DNA of 64,000 bases, taken from Lophium mytilinum. Its lineage: Eukaryota. Shown here one piece after another: positions 11,869 to 26,501 of this stretch (position 1 is the stretch's first letter; every line of letters begins with the position of its first letter). The position numbers were made by a program, and so were the translations under genes. The notes under the pieces were generated by a model. That model searched no databases. It saw only the letters and a program-made list of their open reading frames with translations, and was not told the DNA's origin. The DNA is taken from positions 2,304,801-2,368,800 of the forward strand of contig MU004184.1 of assembly GCA_010093605.1 (NCBI GenBank). Direction: 5' to 3'.

Positions 11869-13725
11869 TTAATCACTCTCACTCCCATCCTCGCTATCAC
11901 TGCTCTCCGAAGCATCAGCCCCAACAACAGCCTGCTCCTCCTCTCCCTTCTCTTCCGCCCTTCCAGACATGACAAAGCTAGTCAAGCACGTGATCCTAGC
12001 GCCCGTTTCGAAGGTCCCTAGTAACGTGCCTACCTGCTTCGCGTCTGCATTCTTTTCTAGCTCTCCGACCCGAATGCCCCATACGCGTACAGCTCCATCG
12101 CTGCTTCCAGTGACGACGAATAAAGGTCCGTTGACGAACGGTGCGAGGATGGTGAAGTCTTTGACCCGTCCGGCGATTCCGGCGAGCGCGCCGCCGAGAG
12201 TTGCAATTGGAGAAAGGGAGGGGAGGTCGAGTGCTGGCGCTTTGGCGGGGAGTGAGGTAGTAGGAGCAGGAGATGAGAAGGGAGAGGTGGTAGAGGTGGC
12301 GGTAGGGTAGAAGAGGATGCGGCCGTCTTCTGTTGAAAGAGCTAGGATGGGAGTAGTAAAGGCAGTTGAAGGTAGATAGCGGAGTTGATGAAGTTTTGTC
12401 CTGGGGGTGGGGAGGATTATGGCGGAGGGTTTGGAGTCCTGAGGGTGTTAGTATACCCAACTCTCATCAAAGTATATTGGAGGCGTGGCGAAGATATTGA
12501 GGAATGAAGAGAGAAATATCTGACTCACCATGCCAAACACCACGACCCCCCTTTCAAAGCCGACCACGTACTCCTCTCCAGCTGGATCCCATTCCACCTT
12601 CCTACCCTCGCCGGTGCCCCACCGCCCCTCCCCAGCTGCCGCAAGCAAGTCCCGGCTAAAGTTCAACACGCCTGCCTTCTTGCCCGTCACCAGATTCCAT
12701 AATCGCATGCATTTTTCACCCTTTCCCACGCTCAGCATGAGCTTCAGACTCGGATGCACAGCGATGTCGTTCACACCGGCCGGCACCTCTCCTGGCGCGG
12801 CAGTGTCTCCACTCGGCCGCCCCACCGCCTTCGGCACCGGTGCACGAATAGTCGATAGCGGTGTCCAGTCGCGTGTCCGGGTAATTGCAATCGTGTTGTC
12901 GCCAGCCGCACTCAGCAGCTTCGCTCGTGTGGGGAAGGCTAGGCACGTGACAGCAGACGAGTGATGAAGGAGGGCGCCGAGTTCACGGTTGCGGGGGTTC
13001 TCGGAGATGGAGGTCCCAGCTAGCGTGGGGAGTTTTGGGATGGAGGAGGGATTCGGCGGAACGGTGGAGAGGTTGTAGAGGTTGATGCGCTCGTCGGCGG
13101 AGCCAGTGGCTAGGAGGACCGATTGGGCGGAGTTGGAGCCTGGGGTGGAGGCAGAATTGAGGGGCGAGACGGCAAGACATCGGATGGAAGAGGTGTGGGC
13201 GGTGAAGAGGAAGGTTTCTGTGAAGGGGAGGGTGGGTTTGGAGTCTTTTGAGGTGGTGTCTTTTTTGGCGATGGCTGAGCTGGTGCCATTCGTCGCATCT
13301 ACAGCCTTGATATCGCCGTTGGTCTGAGAGGTCGAATTGTCCTGAATAGCTTCATCCTCAATAGATTCGTCACTGGGATCCTTGGGCTCTGACGCGTCTT
13401 TTGGTTCCGGGATGCTTCTTGAAATGACTGCGGTGAAGCCATGGAGTGTCCTCTCATATGATCCCGTGATAATCTGGACAGTGGCCGAATCGACATCCTC
13501 TCCCAATTGAACAACCGCCGACTCAGGGACGACATCCTCGACAACTGGGGTCTTCTTCTGGACAGCTCCATTCTCTTTCTTCTTGGCATCTCCATTGCTC
13601 TTCCTAAGGGCAGGCGTCTGTGAGTTTGCTGTTTGGCGTGCAGGTTTACCGGCGTCCTGTTTCCCCCTCTTTGTGCTCGCACGCAGTGCTACACCCTCCA
13701 CGCCGTCAAGTTTCCGTTTCGCCAT
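11869..13725 (-). CDS. MAK11: WD40-repeat 60S ribosome biogenesis protein Mak11/PAK1IP1
   Basis: MAKRK start; motifs IITGSYERTLHG, FTAHTSSIRCLA, ATGSADERINLY, HPSLKLMLSV and LWNLVTGKKAGVL. One intron at ~12441-12528; the second exon ends in an acidic tail (SSDSEDGSESD*). Confidence 0.92.
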
Positions 13726-14027
13726 GGCTGTTCTGTCCAAGTCGTAGTATTGTGGTGTATATGCAGTTGTAGATGGTGAAGTGTGAGGGTGGTACTTTTT
13801 TTATTCTGCCACGCTTGGGCTGACCGCCTCCCCGTCGTGCCAGTCTTATCGGGGCCAGGTTCCGTGGTAGCAGGCCATCTCTCCCGCCGACACCACCGTC
13901 TCTTGTGCTCGGTGCCATCACGACTTCATCACATTCCATCAACAAACCCCTCCAGCTCCGCCCCAAATCATCGACCCTGGACGTACTCGCGAATGACGGA
14001 TGTCGTTCAGGCAGGTTCGGCCTTCAT

Positions 14028-17000
14028 ATGTCCCTAGACGAACTTCGTGATGCGACAGCCAGGGCGAAAAAGAATGAGATCACGTAAGTCCTGCTAGCTT
14101 TTACGGTCGCAGAACGCAATTCGCGATAGAACTGCGCAATGCGAAACCAGAAAATCGCTCTGTTTGTTTTGCCTAAGCGTGGTTGTGCTTATATCGGCGT
14201 TGTAGTTCCTGTGAGCTCTCCCGCAAGCGTAAACTGCGCGAGCTCTACGCCTATACCACCTTGTTGAGCCCCCAACACCGCCCGCAGCCTGCGCTCGACT
14301 TCGACTTCGACTTCTTCGACCACGAGCCCAACGAGAATGAGCTGCACTACTTAGACCAGAATGACATCTCCAAGTAAGCATTTCTTCTATTTATTTCAAT
14401 CATATTATTTATCGCCCTCGGCAATACTGATGCGGCGTGTAGAGGTCGTCACTTTCGCGACTCTACCTTACTCTCGCCCTACGAAAATGCGAAGCTGTCA
14501 CCAAAGTCTATCAATCTATCAGTTCCCAAGCCTGCGGACGCGCTCGCGTCGCCCGCGTCTCCTGCCAATTACCTTCAGGTCGCCGCCGGCGAACGTCCCA
14601 AGAGAGTCTCTGCCTCGCCGCCGCGACACCAGCCTGCTTCGACCCCCGAACCTTTGACTGCCAATGACGCGATGCCCAAACGGAACCAGAAGTCCTCGAC
14701 GAAGGCATCAAAGTCCACCCAAGCTGCATTGAACTCTGCTGCGCCTGAGGAGGATGCGGACGCGACCAAATCTGTTACTTCGAAGCCTGACGAACCCACC
14801 CACGACAATGACGATAATCAGGCAAGCACCGTGTCCGAAGAACCGTCTGTGGATCCCAAGAAAGCAATGCCAAAGACTGCCGACGACATAGCCAACTTAC
14901 CAGACTCTGCCCTTCCCAATCACGACGCTGAAGCACCACCTCGACCGCCGCAGGTTGTGCACCTACCCCCGAAGGAAGCACAGGAGAAACGCTTGGAAGA
15001 GACGACCCGCGCATTAGAAAAGACGGCTGAAAGGGAGCGGAAGGATGACGAGAGACTCGGACTGCCTCATGCGGGAGACCTTGCTTCTTCGCCGTCGTCG
15101 ACCATGGGCCAATCGACAGCGACACCACGACCTAATCAACGTTCGCCTGATACAAGCCCGGAAGAGGAGACTTTCCCTGATGGAATCTCGCAGATAGCAG
15201 GTGGATTGACTGAACGGAATCCGAAGGGATTGCAGGTCAATACTGGACGAGATGCTACGCCGGACACACCTGATGCACAGACCCAACTGGAGCGCGAACA
15301 AGCGATACGGGAGATGAGAGATTCTACCAAGGAAAATGGTGTATCAGGCACTGTCGGCGTGCATTCCCTTGCCGAATCGCTCATTGAGCACGCCGAGGCA
15401 GTAGTCGATGATGTCCAGGCTAGTGAAGGCCTTCAACAAGCGGACATATCTCAGCAGCATTCATTGCCAACGCCCTCTACCACCATCGCGGATCATCTCG
15501 AGTCAAGTCAGAGCAAACCGGATCTCATTCCAGCAGAACCACAAAGAACGCCGAGCAAACAAACCACCCCTCCTGCCGATGTCGAAATGGAAGATGCGCC
15601 TGGCCCTGTAACGAAGGATACCCAGTCGACAGTTCGATCGCCGCCTGCTCGCATGGTTACTCGTGTTTCGTCTGGAGCTATGCGGCAAAAATCGGTTTCA
15701 GAGATTTTGGGCGAGACCCCACATGCCAGTGGAACGCTAACCCCCAGGTCTGGTCCTGTGACGCCATCTCGTCCACGCCCTGCAGTAAGCAGACGCAAGT
15801 CGAGGGCTTCGACCATAGTTATCGCCAAACCGGATGTTGCACGTCCTTCCAGTGCTGTCCAATCACTCAACGAAGACTATGCAGCGCTTCGAGGAGCTTC
15901 CCAGGATGATACCAAGGATTATCTCCAGGGTTTGTTTTCGTACCAAGCGCACCACCCGCCTCGATCTACGCCTCTGCAGGAGCTACTCCAGTCCGCGAGG
16001 AAAACCGTTACCACATCAAATACTCTGGCCACACTACGGGAATGTCAAGACTACAAAATACTGAAGCGCGTATACCAGTTGCAGAACGCCAACCGTTGGT
16101 CATTGCGACAGCTTCAGAGATGTCGAGAGCCGCCTCGGCTCACTGGTCACATCGACCATGTTCTTGCCGAGATGAAATGGATGTCTACGGATTTTAGGGA
16201 AGAGCGGAAGTGGAAGCTTTCGATTTCTGCCACTATCGCCGAGTGGTGTGCCGACTTCGTCAATAGCAGTCCAGAGGAGAGGAAAGCAAAGCAAATCAGA
16301 GCCCGACGACCACCACATCCTCAAGGGAACGAGGAGGATATGGCGGATGCCCCCACGCCGGATCTGATGTCTTCAGGACCGAACGAGACAGAGAACGAGT
16401 CGCTACCCGATGATGACGAGCTCTTTGCAAGATTCGGCTCCAATCCTCCCTCGGGCCTCTTCGCTCTTGGGTTCAACGATGTCATGATCAAAATGGATCG
16501 GACGCCTTATTGGGAAGAAACTCTCCGACAGTTGCCCGCATATGAACCAACTCTGGAGTCTGATTTCAATGATGCATCGGCGGCATTGATCTCAGAACCG
16601 TCCATCCTCCCTGTTTCAAGGTTGGTTACTAGCAAGATGAAGTCGCTCGTCAACGGCCCCCCACGTAAGCGCAGTCGATACGACTATGATCAAGAGGATG
16701 AGCCTCCCAGCCGTCCGCTCAGCAGATCACAAACAACTACCGAGCATTCCATGCCCTCAACGCCAGGACGTCGCTTCAACAGGAATGATCTGGATCCAGA
16801 GATGACGGATGTTGCTCTTTTCAACCCGGAGAACAAGCATGTGCGAGATCGAATTCAAGCCGGCCACGCTTTCCGACCGCCTTCCGAATTTGCCATGCCA
16901 TCGACGAGTTTCTTCGAGTCTCGGGCATCGTCTCAATGGCTTTGGGAGGAGGATCAGAAGCTGCGGAATTTCGTCAAGGACTATACCTTCAATTGGTCGC

Positions 17001-18800
17001 TGATTGCGTCCTGCATGGCAATGCCATCGATGTTCACATCCGGGCCGGAGCGACGAACTCCTTGGGAGTGTTTCGAGAGATGGGTGCAATTGGAGGGTCT
17101 GCCAGCTGAGATGTCCAAGACTCAGTACTTCCGAACTTACCAGTCCCGATTGGAGGCTGCACAACGAACAGTTTCTGCTCAGCAGCAGGCTTTGCAACAG
17201 CAGCTGCAACAACAAGCTCAATCTGCCGGACAGCCATTGTCTTCACAGGTGCGGAGGCGAACCACTCAGCCCATCCGGGTGGAGAGGCGGAAGAACAACC
17301 GCTATCTTGCCATTATCGACGGAATGAGGAAGTTGGCTCGGAAACGCGAGTCGGCGGCGCACAAGCAGCAAGAATGTAAGCTCCACCACTTTCTTCCTCT
17401 CGCCATTCCTGTTCTATACATCTTAGTGGGTGCTATAATATAGTAGAGGCCCTTGATATAGTCTTTTTTTTTTGTTTGTTTTCTCTTTTCACTGTTGTCT
17501 CATCCTATTTCTGGTCTTTGCATGAACGTGTCTCTCAATTGTTCGTTCTCTTGTTTGCGTCTTCGTTGTCGTATATGCATCATCTGAATGATATACTTAC
17601 AATATCTTAGCCGCCAAAGCTGCTCAGCTCCGCAAAGCACACGAGCCTGTTGCGCCGAAGACAAGCGTCCATACCCCGCAAGAGTTCAGCAGACTTCATT
17701 ACGAGCGAAACGAGAAAACGCGTGAGAGACAGGAGATCTACCGACAACAAATGCAAAGGCAGGCTGCCGCCGCACAACGCCAACCCCAAGCTCCAGGACA
17801 ACCTAACCCGGCAAATGGGGTCGGTCAACCTCAGCGAAACAGCACTCCCAACGGAACTCACATTCCAAGCCCCTTATCAACAACGACTGCACAGTCGCAA
17901 ACTCCCAACCCGAACATTCGAACTGGATCACACCCCGGCCAGCCCGTTATGCAAGGGAACTTCCCGAACGGCAGTATGCCCGGAATTCCTATGGGGGCCC
18001 CGAGCATCCCTCAAGCCCCAATGCAAGCCAATATGCAGAACCGACAGGGCATGCCCCCTCCGGATTCGGTCAGGCTCGCCATGCAGCGGAGCCAGTTCCC
18101 CAACACCAATCAACACCAATTCCAGCTCCAGCAACAGCAGATTAACATGGCTAGTAATCTGGCTGGAGGTATGAACGGTGGCAACGGCATCCCTAACCAA
18201 GCAATGATGGCTTCCATGGGTGGCCAAGGCATGAATGGTAGCCCGAACATCTCCATGAATGGCATGCAAACGTCAGCCGGATCTCCGCGGATGGGCCAAG
18301 TCAATCCAGCCGGCTATCAGAACTCCTCCCGGCCCCTATCCAGCGGCCATCTCCCCGTCCTCAACCAATACATACAACAAGTTCGCACCCAGCATCCAGA
18401 TTGGTCCCCGGAGCAGGTTCAGAAACAAGCGACGCATATGGTGCAGAAGACAGTACAAGCTGCGCGTAACTCGGCCATGAGCGCGGCCACAGGCTCTGCC
18501 TCGGCGATGGGCTCGGCTTTGCCTACTGGGAATGGCTTTATGCCCAATGTCAATGGAAATGGTGGAGTTGGCGTTGCAGGGTCACCAAGCCCCAACTCGG
18601 CCCAGTATCATACGCAGATGGCTCGCCAAATGATGAATCAACGGCCACAAGCGCAAGGGCAGGGTCAGATGGGACAAGGCGGCAGTGGCAGTCCACAGCT
18701 TGGCAACGGGAGACCACCATCCAGGAGTGCGAGTGCAACTCCAGGCACTGCTGGCGTGCAGAGCCCCGGAATGAAGCAAGCACAAGTCGCGAGAAACTGA
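14028..18800 (+). CDS. EAF1: NuA4 complex scaffold subunit Eaf1/Vid21 (HSA and SANT/Myb domains, Gln/Met/Gly-rich tail)
   Basis: RKRKLRELY N-terminus; HSA region (LQNANRWSLRQ, EMKWMSTDFREERKWK); SANT (WLWEEDQKL...NWSLIA...RRTPWECFERW). Introns at about 14084-14205, 14374-14442 and 17376-17610. Confidence 0.95.
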
Positions 18801-19381
18801 GTAGACGTTGGTCTTGTATATATTTTCTCTTTCTCTTTTCTTCCTCGTCTTCTCGTTTCTTCTCCAGCGAGCGTTTCTGCTGGATGGACGGATTATTGGT
18901 TGGGTGGGGCTCCCTTGGGTTGTTAGGGGTTGGCGTTATGGCGATAGTATGCGGGTAAAGCAGCAATGCTACTTTGTCTGGCTCGGTAAGCATGACGGAC
19001 CGCAAGGGTTGGTCTGGTAGAGCTACTTTATGTGGTGGGCTTTGGTTGTAGCTGCTACCTATATGGTAAAGCTACTCGCTTCCAATATTGAAGATGTTCA
19101 ATTTCGAAACCTTGAAGTTTCTTTCACCATGACTGTCATCCGTGGCGACTCTTGGCTACGTGTTGTTGTTCCCATTGATGTTGGTGCCCTTAATTCACTG
19201 CATTGCTGCCCCTGGCCGCCGGGCCTCAACATCCTTACCTTGACTGCCCTCGACAAACTACCTTCATACCATCACCTCACCCAACACACCCTCCACCACA
19301 ACCAGGCTCACATCACCCACAGCATTAACTACATCCATTCCAAAGAAAACGCTGCGTCTCGTGCAGAGCGCCCGGACGACT

Positions 19382-20563
19382 ATGCAGAGTGCCCAGAAGT
19401 CGTCAGGCGGGCCACGCAAGTAAGTTCCTCCCACCAGCCTAATTCTACACACTGCAATAGACACTAATCACATCTACAGAGCCCGCAAACGCCGCGCCAG
19501 CCACAACGTCTTCTTCACCGTCAAGAAAAAGAAGAAAGTCAGCATGCCCCACCCCCAGCCCGAACCCGAGCCTGAGCCCGAATGGCAACCCACCGGCCCC
19601 TTCCGCTTCCTCGATCTTCCGCGGGAATTGAGGGATATGGTGTACGAAGAGGTTCTGGCCCCAATCACCTCGCTCGACACAACTACCGCCGCCAAGGTCG
19701 TCTCAGACAGAACCCAGGTAGTCCTACCGCACGAACGACACAAGTACCTGACCGACCAGCCTCTCGTCAAGGCCGCGCTGCTGCAGACCTGCAAGCAGGT
19801 GAACGGGGAGGCGAGTGACGCGCTGTACCGCACTCACACCTTCCTCGCGACCTTCGACCGCCATACGAAAGGGACAACAGAGACGAGGCGGTGCCGAAGA
19901 TGCATGGTAGTGACAACAGTCTACCCGACTACGCGCTACTTCGACGTGCCGCAACACTTCTACTACCCTACCAAGGACCCCGCGACCCGCTTCCCGCCGC
20001 GTTTTAGCGGTAGCCTGGACGAAAAGGCAAAGGTGTTCCATGAGTGGGATATCGAGCGTGTCCGGAAATTGGTGTTGCTCTTCGATAACTCTGACGAGGT
20101 GTTTTCGCAACGTCTTTTCCACTACAACAAAGGCGATGTTGTTGCGGGCCGCCGGGTGATGGGCTACCCGCATCGGTTTAGGGGACTGCACTATATGCCG
20201 GCGCTGAAGGAGGTGAGGGTGTGCGTTATGTATGCTGCGGCTACGACGTGGGGAAAGGCGTTCGAGCAGGGGAAGCTGAAGGTGGTGAGGCCGGGCATGA
20301 GGGTTTTCCTCAAGTCGATTATGGAGGCGGTTCCGAAGGGCGTGGTTATCAAGTGGGGTGGGACCGGGGAGGGGTTTGAGGTATTCCCGAAGGAGTCGGC
20401 TGTTTGGGTGGAGGGAAGCCATTTGGGAGTTGTGGGAGAGGAGGTGCTGAGGGGGGTGACGGAGGGGATTGAGGGAGTGGAGAGGCTCGAGGCGGAGGTT
20501 TTTGTGAGGGGGAGCATGGTAGAGGATGATGAGGATCTGGAGGCAGATGGCGCCATGAATTGA
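19382..20563 (+). CDS. F-box-like (FRFLDLPRELR) family protein, paralog 2 of 4
   Basis: Same motif series (FRFLDLPRELRDMVY, TCKQV, YFDVP, WDIERV, RFRGLHYM, RLEAEVFVRG). ATG 19382 with phase-2 intron 19420-19479. Confidence 0.85.
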
Positions 20564-20995
20564 GAACGAGGGAGCGAGCGTGAATCAGATACAATCTTGG
20601 TATGGTGAGGCTTTTGAGGCCAAGTTCAAGCGGTCGTAGAGCACTCGAACCAGTGCCCGTTAATTTTCTTTCTATTAAATCAACATAGGGCTCATCCAGG
20701 TCATTTGAGCTTCAAATTAGGCTGGTGTGCAATAGGGAGCGATATCTCGTCCTGGGCGGCAGGTTTTTGGTTTGAAGGCTCGTGAACATGACATCGTGAG
20801 TTCTAGAAGTTGAGTAGGTATGAGGCGTCTCACACAGTTACCCGCACGTGCAAAACACTCCCGCCAGCCTCATGATCTTCGCTTCCAATTATTGCAGCAA
20901 ATATCCTCATACCTTTTCACTTTTCGTGCCGGAAATCACGCACCCGAATCCAATCCAAAGCAGCTTAGCAACTCTCCCACATACCATACCATCCG

Positions 20996-21738
20996 CTAGA
21001 CTTCTTTCCCAACATCTCCCCCCTCAACCCCCTCCCCAGCCCCCAACGCCTCCCTCAACTTCCCCCTCAAAATCTCCACCAACCTCCCCACATCCGGCGG
21101 TCCCCCTTTACCGATAATGTTCTTATCATAGACTCCCGCTCTAAGGAACTTCACCGGCCCCCTTGCACTCACCGCCTCCTTTCCACCTGCCTCTGTGGCA
21201 CTGCCTTTGGCCTCCAGCTCCTTCACCGCTTCCAAAACTTGCTCCTCAATCTCCGGCGGTGCTTCCTTGCCCAAGACCACCAGGACCGGAAATCTGCGTT
21301 GCTCCACTGCGCGCTGCGCGTTCGATCCGATGCCGGTGCGGTGAGGGGCGGATAGGTCGCCGGTTAGGAGGAGGGGGATTTCGGTGAAGGCGTCTTCGAT
21401 TAGGGAGTGGTGGACGGCTTGGGGGGTGTTAGCTTGTGGATGCTGGATGGGGAGGAAGGCGCCAGAAGAGACGATCTTATGATTGGAGATGAGGCAGTAA
21501 AATGGGAGGGCGAAAATGGGCAAAGAGAGGAATAAAAAAATCAGGAAAGAGAAGAAAGGAATGGGGTCCACCAACTATCGAATTCCGGCGCGAGTCGCTT
21601 TGCGAGCTCGGCCCCGATTTTCTCGTAGGCGCCTATCATGGCGATTGGGATGCCGGTGCTGCCTGGGTTTGGAGCTGGTGTCTGTGGCTCGTGGGGAGTG
21701 GTGCTGGGGAGGGATGGGGAGGCTGTGGGCTCTGCCAT
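20996..21738 (-). CDS. Small two-exon hypothetical protein
   Basis: Exon 1 MAEPT...IAMIGAYEKIGAELAKRLAPEFD, then an intron with GCTAAC branch point ending near 21420, then exon 2 VHHSLIEDAF...GKEV*. Confidence 0.65.
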
Positions 21739-22516
21739 TTTGGAATGTGGCTCTTGCTGATTTGGTCGGAAGTTTCGGGAGAGTCGATTGAAGTAAAGAG
21801 GAAAGGAAAAGAAGAGTAGAAGAGCTTATAAGTACTGCTCGTATTGGACTCACAAAGGCTTGCTTATATATCAAATATATGAGGTAATATATACTTCTCG
21901 AGTACGTCGGCGGTCGGCGAAAATCGCCCGACCGTGTCATGCATCGTAAGAGAAAGTGAACGCGTGACGTAGGGAGTGAGAAGTGGTTGGTCTTGTAGAT
22001 TCTTACGTTTGAACTGTCGGGAGCAAACGGGACCATGGCGGTTGAGAGAGTCGATGCAAACTTGGGACAGTTTTGTTATCAAGAGGTTGTGTAATTAGAC
22101 GAATTGAAACGGAGGGTGTCTGAATTAGCGAGCCGAGTATCGGACTGCTAGCTGTAGATATAAAGATTTTAGGTCGTTGATCATGTATAACTGCAGGGAT
22201 TTCCTTCTGATGACAGCAGACACAGCTTTCATCATGATCACAGGACACAAATTCGGGCACCCGGACAGAGAACTCTCCGGCCACCAATCTTGGTCGCTCG
22301 ACACTATCGTGGAGGGTAGCCCAGCTAGTAGGTGTTCAACCAATCAAAAGACATCCTACTCTCCGCTGCGTCGACATTTGCATCGTATTTGGAGGATTCA
22401 AAGCCTAAAGGTGCACCCTCAGCAGTGACGCAGTAGTATGAGAGTGTCCAAACTTGTGCCGTACGACTGTATGGTCCATATGTGCAATCTTCAAACTAGT
22501 CTCTTCCTCGTCTTAC

Positions 22517-24846
22517 TCACAACTTCGCAACACTCGCCCTCAATCCATCCAGGTCCTCAACCGTCCAATCCACATACTCATCCTCTCCCTCCAACCCCTC
22601 AACCTTCGGATGCCCAAGCGCATGCGGCCAAAACAATAACTTGTCTACCTCTTTCTCCGACTTCCCCTCCTCTTCTGCCCTTTCCCGTATCTTCCGTAGA
22701 TCAACCCCATCGTTGCGCAACGGGACTTTGTTCTGCTTATTATTATGCATCGGCGCAATACTCGAGCTTATCCGCAGAAACACAGGAACAGCGTACCGCG
22801 GCAACCTCGCACGAGCGTATGCGAGAAGTGCCGTATAATCGAAGCTCTCACGTAGTTCTGGGGGGATGAACAACGCAGCACAGCCAGCACGACCGTCGTG
22901 ACCGGGCACTTCGACTCCGTACACGTTTGCTTCGACAACGCCGGGGAAGTCGCCGAGTACGTGGGACACTTCGGCCGTGGACACGTTCTCACTCTTCCAT
23001 CTGAAGGTGTCGCCGAGGCGGTCCATAAAGTACCATCGCCCGTCTGAGGTTCTTCGAAGGGCGTCGCCGGTGCGGTAGTACAGGTCACCTTTTTTGAACA
23101 GGTTCCGCTCGAACTTCTGCTCTGTGGCTTCGGGATTCCGCCAGTAGCCTGGGAACGCGGACTCTGTTGGAATCTTGACGATGATCTCGCCACCTTCGTC
23201 GAAGGATTTTTGGGTCGCAAACCCCGTGATTGGATCGCGGACGATGGCATTGGTTTCGTGGTCGATTTCGACGGGGACGTAGGTGTTGCGGGTCAGGAGG
23301 CGGATGATGGCACCGTGGTGGCCGACGGCTGAGGTGAGATAGGGTCCTGGTGTTTTTGTGAGTATTGCAAGCCTGAGGTTTGAGATTATCTAGGACGGAA
23401 GCGCTCGTACCTTGACACACGTTCAACAGCCCAAACACCCCTTCTGTGCTGTTGAAGAACTCGCCCACCTTCTTGATCCCGAACCGGTCTACAAACCGCG
23501 ACCATACATCCGGTCGTAGCCCGTTCCCGAACATCACATGCACTCTATGCTCCCTATCCCGCGGGCTTGGGGGCGCTGCAAGCAGGTACCGTGCCGTCTC
23601 GCCGACATATACGAAAGCGGTGGAGTTGGAATCTCGTACTTCATCCCAAAAGCGAGAAGTGGAGAATCTCCTGCCAATGCAGACAGTTGTGCCGGTTATC
23701 ATACAGCTAACGGAGACAGTGCAGCCCGTGCCGTGGTAAAGGGGCATGCAGTCGTACCAGCGGTCGCCGCCAGGGCCGGACTTGATGCCAATGGCGCCCA
23801 TGCGGGCGCTCGTGAGGGCGTCGGCGCGGCCGATGGGAAAGGGGCAGGCTTTTGGTTTGCCCGTTGTACCGCTATTGGTGTCAAGGTACGTTCTGGTCAA
23901 GAATGCGAGAAACGGGGTGTAGAAAGTCCAAAAGCAGAGATTTGATTGAAGAGGTGTCGAGCACGTGATTTGATATATGTTGAGAGAATGTAGTATGGAG
24001 CTTGCGAAAGAGAAAGACGGGAGGCCAGAGGAAGGGCATTCATACCTGGTATACAGCAGTATCATCGGAAAATCTCCCTTGACCCCCTCCCTTAAAATAT
24101 CATCCGGCCTCCTTGGCTCCAACCTCCTAATCTCCCCCTTTTTCTTTTCATCCAAAATCACTATACGCATCCCCAACTCACCCTCAATCCTATCTCTTAC
24201 CTCCTCAATCCTCTCCCTACACCCGGTATTCTCATCCACAACCAGCAGCTTCGCATTACTAAGTTTCAAGCAATGCACCAACGCATCACCACTCAGATTA
24301 TAATTTATCAACGCCGGCGCTGACCCCACGGCCCACGACCCCATCATCCCAAACATGAACTCTGGGCGGTTTGTGAGGTAGAAAGCGACCAATTCGAGGG
24401 GTTTGAGTTCGTTGGCGAGGAAGAATTGGGCGTAGCGGCAGCATTGCGCGTACGTTTCGGCCCAGGTGTAGCAGCCATCGCGAGACCAAATGCATTCCGC
24501 GTGGGATGGGAGGCGTTTTACTTGAGCTTCGAAGAAGTTCCAGAGACTTATGCGGTTGGCTTTTGCTAATAGATCCCAGAAGCGTTAGAATTGATTTGAT
24601 CAGTTGTAGAGCAAGGAACGGCTGGTGTACCGGCTGTAGCAAAGTCCTTGGTCGATCTTCGAAGTAGGTATAGACGCTTTGCATCTTGTGAGAGGGCTAA
24701 TTTAGCATCGAGATATGCGGCAGCTGCTGTAGTGGCGGCGATGGTAGCTAGATAAAAGAGGGGTTAGCCGATGGGTCGTGAAGCAAGGAGGGTTTGGTGG
24801 TAGCACAAATATTGCACAATGCTATTGTCTACGTACCGAGCGCCAT
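22517..24846 (-). CDS. FAT1: Very-long-chain acyl-CoA synthetase / fatty acid transport protein (FATP family)
   Basis: AMP-binding motif YT-SGTTGKPKA (split by an intron), PLYHGTG, YVGETARYLL, GNGLRPDVW, EFFNSTEG and the FATP signature DRLGDTFRWKSENVST; multi-exon. Confidence 0.88.
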
Positions 24847-25469
24847 ATCTCAACCACCTTTGGTCTAATTGAGTTGTAACTTGGTCTCTAGAAAACAACA
24901 CTCACGACAAACGTAGCGGTGAAGAGCGCAAAGGTTTAGGGAACTCGAAGGAAGCAGCTAACGAGCTCGAGTTATGCAGGTTTACTGCGATTGAGGACGA
25001 GGCTATACAGTACGAGGCGTACTCTCGAGGGGAAGCATAGTGGATAGTATCGAAATTCGTCATGCCTATCATATGAGGAGTTGCCGCGCTACAGTGCCGC
25101 TGTGTCTGCTTGTGCCGAGGCGATTTGCAAGAAATTGATAGCTTTCCCCACACGGAGTACCCCACACGGCAGGAACGGGCAGGTTCTGATAGTGGGCCGC
25201 TAGGGTGGAAGGGGTGAGGTTATACAGCGTTAGTTTCGGGATACGAGGATGATTCAGCATATTCGGTATCATCAATGAAGGCGGCGGCTGCAACACCATC
25301 ATCTATCTCACGATGTTTCGATTTCATCATCGGACATGCTTAGAAGATAATTCTACATTACAGGAAAGACTAACCAAAACGCTAAGTAGCAGAACAATAG
25401 CCTCCAACGCCCGAGAAGAAAAAGACCGCCAACGCCCTAACAATACCCTATACGCAATACGCTCATGCT

Positions 25470-26501
25470 TCAGAACGCCAACAATCCTGCAAATGCAATC
25501 AACGAAACTACAACTACACCCTTCGCCGTTGCCAGCGACAGTCCCGATGCCGAGCCCGTCTCCGTGGCCGCTGTCCCCGTGGCTGTCCCAGTTCCTGTCT
25601 GACCAGCTGCTGCTCCTGTCGTCTGCGAAGCACCCACAAGCACTGTCGACGCCGCAGCAAGGTCCGTTGACTGACCAGGGCCCTCAAGCCCACCGAAGTA
25701 CGTCGTCGTAAAGCCGCCTGCCGATCTCGAACTCCTAACACTCCCCGTCGTGCTAGCAGACGCAGTCGTAGCGCTCGCATCCCCAGCTGAAGTCGTCTTA
25801 GATGCCCCACTGCTCGCAGCAGCTGCTGTACTCGCCCCTGTCGCAGTAGCCTTCCCATCGCAACTCACCGTCCCGCCCAAGTTCACTACCATCGGCACTC
25901 CTGCTACCGAATCGACGAGCCCGTTGTCATCCTGGAACTGCTTCACATCGAACGCCTCTCCCTCCTTCGGCGTCTTGAGTGTAGTGATATTGTCGTTCCC
26001 GGGCTGGTTGTAGAACAAGAAGGCGTACTTCCGCCCATCGCCCGTCTCGCCGAACGCGCCAGGAGGCTTATATTCCACGATCGCAGAGGAGTTGGACGAG
26101 ATGGAGGTGATGTCAAAGTTGTAGATGAAGTTGGGCTTTGCGTAGTGCAGAGTTCGCGCGGAGTCGCAGGAGATGTCGAGGAGGAGGATAGTGTACTTTG
26201 TGGCGGTGGCGATACCGGAGGAGTCGCCATAGGCGAATTGGGGCTCTTTGGCTACATCTAGGGATGGGTGTTAGTGGGAGGTTTGATACAGAGGGAAAGT
26301 TAGGGGTAACATACCTGCTTTCTTGAAGGTTGTCCCGGGTCTGAAGCCGTTTTCGGGGTCCCCGACGTAGGAGACTTGGAAAGAGACGCTGTCCGTCTCG
26401 AAGCCGATGGATAGATCGGCTGGGATGCTTGTATTCTGAGCATGAGTTCGGGCAAAGAGTGCTGCGGCGCATGCCACGTGGGTGAGGTATGCAGCCAGCA
26501 T
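25470..26501 (-). CDS. Secreted, probably GPI-anchored PEBP-like protein with Ser/Thr-rich stalk
   Basis: Signal peptide; intron ~26259-26313; PEBP-like YTILLLD and EYKPP...RKYAFLFYNQP...FDVKQF motifs; Ser/Thr/Ala-rich region; hydrophobic C-terminus. Confidence 0.8.
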